A DNA stretch of 28,812 nt from assembly GCA_043809245.1 (NCBI GenBank), contig JAZDDZ010000050.1:1-28812 (forward strand), read 5' to 3'. Source of the DNA: Candidatus Iainarchaeum sp. GTDB lineage: Archaea > Iainarchaeota > Iainarchaeia > Iainarchaeales > JAZDDZ01. Made by a program: the position numbers and the translations under genes. Below are positions 1-6,412 of the stretch, in pieces. Within the stretch, counting starts at the first letter, position 1. Each line of letters opens with the position of its first letter. The notes below the pieces were generated by a model that was given only the letters and a program-made list of their open reading frames with translations, ran no database searches and was not told where the DNA came from.

Positions 1-38
1 GTGCTTTTTCTCGAACAACATTTACAGAATTAGTGCGT

Positions 39-141
39 TTAAGGGGACCATCTGGCTGTTCCCCTTAACAACCCCTTACCAAAGCCTCGATTCATCTATC
101 CCCTAAAGGGGATAAAGGTTTCTCTCGGCAACGGAACTAAA
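39..141 (-). mobile_element. Probable terminal region of an IS200/IS605-family element (body lies left of the window)
   Basis: Perfect hairpins TTAAGGGGA(39-47)/TCCCCTTAA(60-68) and TATCCCCT-AA-AGGGGATA (97-114), set in a TTCATC...CCCCTAAAGGGG...TTTCTC context that resembles subterminal palindromes of IS200/IS605 ends. On the minus strand it follows TTTA (138-141), a plausible target tetranucleotide. It abuts a start-less ORF. Confidence 0.45.
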
Positions 142-142
142 C

Positions 143-451
143 GGTTATGGAGCCTCCATCAAAAAGGATTATAAATTTCAAGATGCAGGTTATCGAATTG
201 TTGATATCAGAGATACGTATGGCATTCTTGTTGAAACACCCAAATGTAGGTATGCCAGTTTAAAAGGAGAAAAGCAAGGCGATATTTATTGTGAAAGAAT
301 TAGGGTTAAAGAGTATAGGTTAGCAGAGGATAACACAATACTTGTCAATCGAGTTTTAGATGAAAAGTATACGCTTGTGTTAAGAGTCATACCTGATACA
401 AACAATTTGAAGATAGGTAAAATAGAGATTGTAGACAGTTTCTGCACCTAA
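143..451 (+). pseudogene. 3' fragment of an interrupted gene (~102 codons, GYGASIKKDYKFQDAGYRIVDIRDTYG...KIEIVDSFCT*)
   Basis: Stop-free frame from 116 to TAA at 449-451 in AT-rich DNA with no start codon near its 5' end. Begins at the putative IS boundary. Absent from the ORF track. Confidence 0.55.
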
Positions 452-477
452 AGTCCACTGCCTGCACCTAAAGTGCC
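442..477. repeat. 13-bp direct repeat CTGCACCTAAAGT x2 (20-bp period), possible right end of another transposon
   Basis: Copies at 442-454 and 462-474. The minus strand reads GGCACTTTAGGTGCAG from 477. The upstream ORF's stop codon lies inside the inner copy. Confidence 0.7.
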
Positions 478-510
478 TTTATAAACCCCCTAAAAGTGCA
501 AAGCTAAGCC

Positions 511-518
511 ATTTTCCC
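511..518. repeat. Left copy of putative 8-bp target-site duplication (ATTTTCCC)
   Basis: Directly abuts the left TIR; matches CTTTTCCC at 4553-4560 at 7/8 positions. IS6-family elements make 8-bp duplications. Confidence 0.7.
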
Positions 519-540
519 GGCTTTGTCGCAAAGTCGTCGT
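519..540 (+). repeat. Left terminal inverted repeat GGCTTTGTCGCAAAGTCGTCGT
   Basis: Reverse complement of 4531-4552 is GGCTTTGTCGTAAATTCGTCAT (3 mismatches). Confidence 0.85.
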
Positions 541-562
541 TTTTGGCTGTTTTTCTGGCGAA

Positions 563-577
563 TGTCGTATTCGTCAG
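563..577 (+). repeat. Inner left inverted repeat TGTCGTATTCGTCAG
   Basis: Perfect 15-bp reverse complement of 4505-4519. Confidence 0.9.
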
Positions 578-593
578 ATTGGGGGGGCTGTAA

Positions 594-1619
594 ATGACCC
601 CTAAGGATAGGAAACGAAAGGGAGGTGAAGGCAAGCGTAAACGGAGTAAGCGACAACTGAGCAAACCAAAAATAGGCAAACGAAAGGCTAAAAAAGAGAA
701 AATACATAATATTGAAGAAAAAATGGACAAAGTTTATGTAATTATCGGGGGCTTGGCAATACTCACTTTAGTTTCAATTGTCTTTTCAGCCATATCTTTT
801 TCTTCTACCTCAAATATCCAAAATATACTTTCTTCACAAGCAGAGACCATTTCTGAATCAACATCTTCAAGAATTAGCGATAGATTTATGCCAAAATTAA
901 ACGAAATTGGCGAAGATGTTAATAACCTAAACCGAAAATTAGTTGATATTAATAATGCACTTTGGTTAGAATCTGAACAACATTTTTTAGAGGTCATGAA
1001 CAAAGTTGATGATTCAATTGTAGCAGTAATTGCCGCGCCTATAAAAGAGGGGCGAGAAGGATTAGGCGTTATTTATGTGGATAATCTTGGAAATGAAGGA
1101 TATATTGGAGCGGGATTTTCAATTAATAGCGCGGGACATATATTAACTGCAAGGCATAATGTAGATGGTTTTGAAACAATACTTTTAATGTCTGCGGATG
1201 GAACAATAATATCTGTTCCCAAAGAGATTATTCTTTATCCCCCATCAGGCGATTTAGCACTTATACCAATAAAAACAGACATTCCCTCTGTGGAACTATT
1301 AGAACAAGGAACATTAGATATAGGTTCTAATATTGGCTTTATTGGTTTTCCTATTCCAACTAAGGATGGTGCTATAGTGGAAACTAAAGCAACAGGAACT
1401 ATTTCAGGATTTTATTATTATGAGTATCGCGGTAAAAAAGTACCAGCCTATGTAATCCATTCATTGGCAACACATGGTAATAGTGGTGGTCCGATTTTTT
1501 CTATGAAAACGGGGAAAGTAGGAGGCATGATTAATCAGGGCATTTCTGAAAATATAGTCGGCATAGCATTAGGTTCAGCATTTAATAAGGCTAGCTTAGG
1601 ATTACCTAATCCAAGTTAA
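594..1619 (+). CDS. Membrane-anchored trypsin-like (S1/HtrA-type, no PDZ) serine protease; real start may be ATG 723
   Basis: Catalytic triad motifs LTARHNV, GDLALI and HGNSGGP; TM helix VYVIIGGLAILTLVSIVFSAISF followed by a coiled-coil linker. Confidence 0.85.
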   Translation: MTPKDRKRKGGEGKRKRSKRQLSKPKIGKRKAKKEKIHNIEEKMDKVYVIIGGLAILTLVSIVFSAISFSSTSNIQNILSSQAETISESTSSRISDRFMPKLNEIGEDVNNLNRKLVDINNALWLESEQHFLEVMNKVDDSIVAVIAAPIKEGREGLGVIYVDNLGNEGYIGAGFSINSAGHILTARHNVDGFETILLMSADGTIISVPKEIILYPPSGDLALIPIKTDIPSVELLEQGTLDIGSNIGFIGFPIPTKDGAIVETKATGTISGFYYYEYRGKKVPAYVIHSLATHGNSGGPIFSMKTGKVGGMINQGISENIVGIALGSAFNKASLGLPNPS

Positions 1620-1621
1620 AA

Positions 1622-2749
1622 TCATAAACTTTTTTCTATCAGGCTTAACCATTTATTTCTTTCTAACTGTAAATTTATTCCTGCTTTTTCTGCTGGCGTT
1701 TTGCCGATTGTGGAATTGTTTTTGACGAAGTTGTGGTAAACCCTATGCCCATTCAACCATTTCTGCGTTGAAGCGTTTGATTTGAAGCCCCTGCGTACCT
1801 TGTCAAATTCTCGGAATTCGTTGTGGTATCGTTCCACTAAATTGTTGTTAATGATTTTTCTCCTGCCAACAATACTTATGTGCTTTGTTCTTTGCGATTT
1901 TGTGCGGAATTCTTTGCCTATGGCTTTGCTGTAAGTCCTCAGCTTGTCAGTAATAATGTATTTTGGTTCTATTGCGTTGGCGTTGTTTTCTTTTACTTCG
2001 TTGAAGTGCTTGCGGGCATCCTTAACAGTTCTTCCCTCTGTCAAAGTTGAGGCTAAAACGTATCTGGTGCTGTGGTCTATTGTGTTCCAAGCGTAAACCC
2101 ATTTGCCTTTAGACTTAACCATTTGCTCGTCGGAGTGAAACTGTCCGCTTAATTGAGGTGTAAACTTGTTTGTGTACTGTTCTATTTTTGCCGTGAACTT
2201 GTTTATCCACCTGCGGATTGTGTCAAAGTGAATTCTAATGTTATAGAATTGGTAAATGGTGTCGCTGATGTCCCTTAAGCTTAGCCCTTTGAAGTATAAG
2301 TCCATTGCGAGGGTTATTATTTTTGCGTCTGCTTTGCAGTATTTGATGGGTGTTTTTACAAAGTTTTTTCCGCAGGATTGGCAGTATAGTTTTTGCTTTG
2401 CTCCGTTCTTGTTTTTCCTGAAGCCGACTTTTACTATTTTGTTTGACCAGCAGAAAGGGCATTCGTCTTTGTTTTCGTTCACTTCTTTTTCCAAGTCAAA
2501 GCCGTCTAACTCCGTTTTGTGCTTGGCTTTCAAAAAGAATTCTGTGGCGTGAATGTGCTTGCATTTAACGCCCCTTGCTTTAAAATCGGGGCAACTGCAT
2601 TGCCAGCCGTCAATGTGCTTGACTTCATATTTTCCGTTGCCTGATTGGCTTGGAACTAAAAACTCTTCCTTGCTTACAGCAACAGGCACATCGCCTTTAG
2701 CGATAATTGCCAGCCCTCTTATTTCTCTTGAGTCCATATTAACAACCAT
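1622..2749 (-). CDS. IS6-like DDE transposase with N-terminal SWIM zinc finger, zinc ribbon and HTH
   Basis: SWIM CSCPDF...CKH; zinc ribbon CPFC...CQSC; HTH LAMDLYFKGLSLRDIS; DDE motifs HSDEQMVK, IITDK and NNLVERYHN. Confidence 0.9.
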   Translation of the reverse strand: MVVNMDSREIRGLAIIAKGDVPVAVSKEEFLVPSQSGNGKYEVKHIDGWQCSCPDFKARGVKCKHIHATEFFLKAKHKTELDGFDLEKEVNENKDECPFCWSNKIVKVGFRKNKNGAKQKLYCQSCGKNFVKTPIKYCKADAKIITLAMDLYFKGLSLRDISDTIYQFYNIRIHFDTIRRWINKFTAKIEQYTNKFTPQLSGQFHSDEQMVKSKGKWVYAWNTIDHSTRYVLASTLTEGRTVKDARKHFNEVKENNANAIEPKYIITDKLRTYSKAIGKEFRTKSQRTKHISIVGRRKIINNNLVERYHNEFREFDKVRRGFKSNASTQKWLNGHRVYHNFVKNNSTIGKTPAEKAGINLQLERNKWLSLIEKSL

Positions 2750-2820
2750 TAATAACTATTAATAATAAATAGCGAAGTGTTTATATATCTTTCTATTAAT
2801 GACTATTAGTGGTTGTTAAT
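2738..2820. promoter_or_regulatory. Divergent promoter: central TATA element flanked by 27-bp inverted operator-like repeats
   Basis: ATTAACAACCATTAATAACTATTAATA (2738-2764) matches the reverse complement of 2794-2820 at 23/27 positions; TTTATATAT lies in the middle (~2780-2788). Confidence 0.7.
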
Positions 2821-2950
2821 GGCTAAGAAACTTATTTTAGATATTGATGAAGCCACATGGAGAGAGGTATTAAAATACAAAATAGATTATGGATTAAAGA
2901 ACAATAATCAAACAGTTATAAAGCTCATACAAAAAGGATTAAAACTGTAG
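2819..2950 (+). CDS. 43-aa ribbon-helix-helix-like regulator (MAKKLILDIDEATWREVLKYKIDYGLKNNNQTVIKLIQKGLKL)
   Basis: ATG 2819, TAG 2948-2950. Alternating beta-strand KKLILDID followed by two amphipathic helices split by Gly. Divergent from the transposase. Too short for the ORF track. Confidence 0.7.
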   Translation: MAKKLILDIDEATWREVLKYKIDYGLKNNNQTVIKLIQKGLKL

Positions 2951-2966
2951 CTAACCAAAGTTCTAA

Positions 2967-4199
2967 ATGGCAATTGGACAACCAACTCAGCAAAGAATTA
3001 CTTGGTTTTATCAGAGAGATAAGGAAGGCGCTCTTGAACTTGCCCCTCCATTCCAAAGAAAACCTGTTTGGAGTATGAAAAATAAATCCTTTTTGATTGA
3101 CACAATAATTCAACAACTTCCAATACCAGAAATTTATATGCAAATAAAAACAGATAAAGATGGAAAAACCAAATATGTTGTTGTGGATGGGCAACAAAGA
3201 TTAAGAGCTATATTAGAGTTTCTGGAAGGAGAATTTTCTATTCTCTCAGACGATAACCCCACACACGGAGATAAAGAATTTAAAGAACTCCCTGACGGGG
3301 TTAAAAAAGACATTTGGGATTATGCTCTTGTAGTAAGAGAACTTGAAAATACTACTGATGAAGGAATAAGAGGAATTTTCACTAGATTAAATAAAAATGT
3401 TGTTCCATTAAATAGACAAGAACTAAGAAACGCTCGATTTGTTGGGGAGTTTATAAAATTGATGACTGAACTTAGCGAAGATACTTATTGGGCAGAAAAT
3501 AGAGTTGTTTCTCCAAGCGACATAAGAAGGATGCTTGATGTTGAATTCATTAGTGATTTGTTTATAACGACGATTCACGGAATTCAAGATAAAAATTCAG
3601 ATACCCTTGATAATTTTTACAAAATGTATGATGCACAATTCCAAGACAAAGAACCGCGAGAAAAACAGTTTAGAAAAACTTTAACAATTATTGACGATAT
3701 ATTAGGAGATTTAAAACCAACCCGCTGGCATTACAAAAATGATTTCTACTCTTTATTTGTAGTAATATCTGAACTAATAAATGAATACCAATTTCCAACC
3801 GAGAGATATCCATTAATAAAAGACTCTTTAAACACATTTATTTCAGAAGTTGATTTGAAAGGAACAAAATCGACTCAATCACTAATTAAGGAATATTCTG
3901 AAGCATCGGAAGCACACACAACTAACCAAAGTCAAAGAAAAAAGAGAGTAAACGTAATTCGCCAATTAATAATCCCCTTCTTAATCGCAAAAGACCACAA
4001 AAGAAATTTTACTGAGGAAGAAAGACGAATATTTTGGAATATGGCTAAAGAGAAAAAATGTGCTCTATGCAAAGATGAAGTCAAATGGGCGGAATATGAG
4101 TTAGACCATATAACCCCGCATACAAAAAGTGGGAAAACCGAGTTACAAAATGCACAGATAACTCACAAAAAATGCAATGCCTCAAAAGGGGCAAAATAA
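2967..4199 (+). CDS. DUF262 (ParB/Srx-like) + C-terminal HNH nuclease, GmrSD-like putative modification-dependent restriction/defence protein
   Basis: PPFQRKPVW, VVDGQQRL and FTRLNK motifs; C-terminal CALC...ELDHITPHTKSGKTELQNAQITHKKCNASKG. Confidence 0.85.
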   Translation: MAIGQPTQQRITWFYQRDKEGALELAPPFQRKPVWSMKNKSFLIDTIIQQLPIPEIYMQIKTDKDGKTKYVVVDGQQRLRAILEFLEGEFSILSDDNPTHGDKEFKELPDGVKKDIWDYALVVRELENTTDEGIRGIFTRLNKNVVPLNRQELRNARFVGEFIKLMTELSEDTYWAENRVVSPSDIRRMLDVEFISDLFITTIHGIQDKNSDTLDNFYKMYDAQFQDKEPREKQFRKTLTIIDDILGDLKPTRWHYKNDFYSLFVVISELINEYQFPTERYPLIKDSLNTFISEVDLKGTKSTQSLIKEYSEASEAHTTNQSQRKKRVNVIRQLIIPFLIAKDHKRNFTEEERRIFWNMAKEKKCALCKDEVKWAEYELDHITPHTKSGKTELQNAQITHKKCNASKGAK

Positions 4200-4223
4200 T
4201 TAATCTATAGAGGCGGGATAAAA

Positions 4224-4508
4224 ATGTTCAGAGTAATTAATATTGAAAAACTAAAAAGGATTTATAGCCAAACCAAAAGCCAAGACCTAAAAGATACAAT
4301 AAAAGTGTTCATTGAAGCATACCATACAATTAATCCCTTAGACCAAGAGCTTCAACAAATCAAGGCAAAGCTTTCTCAACTGGAAGAAAAATATGTAGAG
4401 CAAAACTATTCAGTTGATGATGTTGATTCAAAAGCCGATGACTTAAAGAGTGAGATAGATGACTTGGAACGAAGGATACTTGACCTTGAGGCAAAAGAAA
4501 AAAACTGA
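4224..4508 (+). CDS. Small coiled-coil protein, transposon cargo
   Basis: 94 aa with heptad repeats (LQQIKAKLSQLEEK, LKSEIDDLERRILDLE); GAGG upstream; stop codon inside the inner IR. Confidence 0.65.
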   Translation: MFRVINIEKLKRIYSQTKSQDLKDTIKVFIEAYHTINPLDQELQQIKAKLSQLEEKYVEQNYSVDDVDSKADDLKSEIDDLERRILDLEAKEKN

Positions 4509-4519
4509 CGAATACGACA
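4505..4519 (-). repeat. Inner right inverted repeat CTGACGAATACGACA
   Basis: Perfect match to 563-577. Confidence 0.9.
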
Positions 4520-4530
4520 GGCAAATTCAT

Positions 4531-4552
4531 ATGACGAATTTACGACAAAGCC
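4531..4552 (-). repeat. Right terminal inverted repeat
   Basis: ATGACGAATTTACGACAAAGCC, 19/22 match to 519-540. Confidence 0.85.
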
Positions 4553-4560
4553 CTTTTCCC
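4553..4560. repeat. Right copy of putative target-site duplication (CTTTTCCC)
   Basis: 7/8 identical to 511-518. Confidence 0.7.
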
Positions 4561-4652
4561 CCTTTTTAAATAGGTTTTTAAAGCTTTAGCAAGGATTTTT
4601 ATTTAGTGGGATTAAAACTAATTCACCTTAACCGGTGGGTGGCTGCTTTAAA

Positions 4653-5228
4653 ATGCAATACCAAATTGTGAATCTTGTTGCTTCCGCGAATTTGAATGCA
4701 ACACTTGACTTGTATAACTTGGCGGTAAGCATTCCAAACATTGAGTACGAGCCGGAACAGTTTCCAGGCGCAATTTTAAAGCTGAAAGAGCCCAAGGTTT
4801 CAATGCTTTTGTTCAAGAACGGAAAAGTAATCTGCTCCGGCGCGTCAAGTGAAAAGCAAATCAGCCTCGCTGTGCTAAAGGCAAGCAAACTGATTCACGA
4901 AATACAGCGTGGAGTGAAAATACAGAAGAACGCGAAATTTCAGGTGGTAAATCTTGTTGCAACCGCGAACTTGAACATGACCCTTGACCTTTTCAAGACA
5001 GCAATGAATCTGGATAACGTTGAATACGAGCCGGAACAGTTTCCAGGCGCAATCCTGCGCATTCACGAGCCCAAGATAACGCTTCTTTTATTCAAAAACG
5101 GAAAACTCATCTGCGCCGGCGCAAAAAAAGAGGAATTCCTGCGAAAAGGCTTAAAGAAGGCAGCGAAAATAATTCGGCAGGTTAACAGGCCGGAAAAAGC
5201 GAAAAGCGCTGCGAAGGCGAAAAAGTAA
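4653..5228 (+). CDS. tbp: TATA-box-binding protein
   Basis: Two TBP repeats, each with VNLVAxANLN...EYEPEQFPGAIL...LLFKNGKxICxGA. ATG 4653 preferred over GTG 4635, whose GGTGG looks like an RBS. Confidence 0.97.
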   Translation: MQYQIVNLVASANLNATLDLYNLAVSIPNIEYEPEQFPGAILKLKEPKVSMLLFKNGKVICSGASSEKQISLAVLKASKLIHEIQRGVKIQKNAKFQVVNLVATANLNMTLDLFKTAMNLDNVEYEPEQFPGAILRIHEPKITLLLFKNGKLICAGAKKEEFLRKGLKKAAKIIRQVNRPEKAKSAAKAKK

Positions 5229-5241
5229 GGTTTTGCAAGCA

Positions 5242-6168
5242 CTACTTCAACCGCAGGTATGTTCGCCTTTTTTTCATTGAATCAGTTATTGTAAAACCTG
5301 ATTGTTTAGCGGCTTTTCTATACGCCGAGTAATGCATTCCGGGCGTTTGGGTTTTGATTCTTGTAATTTCAGAATTGACTTTTTCCCGAATTGTTTGCAG
5401 ATTTTTTTCTGTTGCCGGGTCTCTTACCGAGCCATTAACGAAATGTTTCTGGAAAAGCCCTAACTCTTTTTCGCTAAGTTGCCCGCTCTTTTTCATTGAA
5501 TGGGCAGTTGCGAGTTCATTTGTGTCCATATAACTGTGAAGTTTTGGGTTAATTGCATAGGCGCGGGGAAATGCCTCGCAAAACGAGTCAACAAGGTGGG
5601 AAAGCAAAGGCTTTTTGAGTGCAGCTTCAAATTCTTTCACCAGATTATTATACTTGCCGCCCTGCATGTTTCCCAAAAGCACGGTTGGCGCGTTATTTTT
5701 TCCCAACACCAAATCAAAATGAAATGAAAAAACAAGTTTGCCGCGTTCATTATTCGGGTTTTTTTTATAAACTTGAATGCAGCAGTTTCTCTCTCTGCCT
5801 TTAAGGTCTCCACCCGAACCAAGCCTTAATTGATAGCCTCTTCGCGCTATTTTATTAATGGCTTCGGACAGGGGTGCGAAAAAATTCCTGAGGATAAAAA
5901 CCCGGGGCGTTGCATTAAGTTCAGGCAAAGGCACCTGCCTTTCATGGGGTTTCGTAACCTGAACGTAGGCAGTTATTGGGTCAAGCCATCCGACAAAAGC
6001 CTGAAAATTTTCCATGCCCCAAGCCCTGGTGCTCTGCTTAATTAAATCCAGGTCGCTTTCCAGTATCCCTTTTTTGGTTAAAAGCATTTGAGGCCAGCTT
6101 CCCTTTGACAAGCCAATCCTGCCCAGCTCCTCTAAAGCCTTTTCATGTGAAACCCATTTTTCACGCAT
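5242..6168 (-). CDS. Hypothetical protein with possible VirK/YbjX (DUF535)-like domain
   Basis: 308-aa ORF. Segment LVFSFHFDL...TVLLGNMQGG...AYAINPKLHSY resembles the DUF535 pattern (LFIGGLQG...AVSxxxHIY, recalled, not searched). Confidence 0.55.
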   Translation of the reverse strand: MREKWVSHEKALEELGRIGLSKGSWPQMLLTKKGILESDLDLIKQSTRAWGMENFQAFVGWLDPITAYVQVTKPHERQVPLPELNATPRVFILRNFFAPLSEAINKIARRGYQLRLGSGGDLKGRERNCCIQVYKKNPNNERGKLVFSFHFDLVLGKNNAPTVLLGNMQGGKYNNLVKEFEAALKKPLLSHLVDSFCEAFPRAYAINPKLHSYMDTNELATAHSMKKSGQLSEKELGLFQKHFVNGSVRDPATEKNLQTIREKVNSEITRIKTQTPGMHYSAYRKAAKQSGFTITDSMKKRRTYLRLK

Positions 6169-6227
6169 AATACTGAAAAAAAGGGGAACTTCTGAATTTA
6201 ACCATTTCTGATGCCAAAAAGTAAGCC

Positions 6228-6234
6228 TTTAAAA
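6228..6234 (+). promoter_or_regulatory. TATA box of the 5S rRNA gene
   Basis: TTTAAAA preceded by an A-rich BRE-like stretch, ending 23 nt before the 5S start. Confidence 0.55.
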
Positions 6235-6256
6235 CCATTCAGTGCAGTAATATTTC

Positions 6257-6376
6257 TGATTAGCGGCCATAGCTGCAGGGAAACACCCGGTCTCGTTCCG
6301 AACCCGGAAGTTAAGCCTGCATGCGCCGTGGTGTGCACTGGGTTATTGCCTGGAGCGCCCTGGACGCTGCTAATCA
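6257..6376 (+). rRNA. rrf: 5S rRNA (archaeal type, stand-alone)
   Basis: Helix I TGATTAGCGGC/GCTGCTAATCA; conserved GGCCATAGC...ACACCCGG TCTCGTTCCGAACCCGGAAGTTAAGCC; 120 nt. Confidence 0.95.
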
Positions 6377-6377
6377 C

Positions 6378-6412
6378 TTTCTGTTTTTATTTTTTTCCAA
6401 TACTCTTTTTTT
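6378..6412 (+). terminator. Oligo-T terminator region after 5S rRNA
   Basis: Successive T-tracts (TTTCTGTTTTTATTTTTTT...CTTTTTT). Confidence 0.55.

Larger units (their letters stand above)
519..4552. mobile_element. IS6-like DDE transposon carrying passenger genes (~4034 bp)
   Basis: 22-bp TIRs (19/22 match) starting GGCTTTGTCG, similar to the IS26 end GGCACTGTTGCAAA; flanking 7/8 direct repeat; internal DDE transposase; cargo visibly more AT-rich than the downstream host genes. Confidence 0.85.

Noticed and set aside
147-263. 38-aa ATG-initiated ORF (MEPPSKRIINF...)
   Set aside because: It overlaps the much longer start-less frame 143-451, which better explains the region.
442-500. Repeat CTGCACCTAAAGT as a mini-CRISPR array
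   Set aside because: Only two 13-bp copies 7 bp apart; repeat and spacer are far too short and no cas genes are present.
479-730. Minus-strand 83-aa and 67-aa ORFs
   Set aside because: They cross the transposon end and mirror a purine-rich low-complexity stretch; no recognisable motifs.
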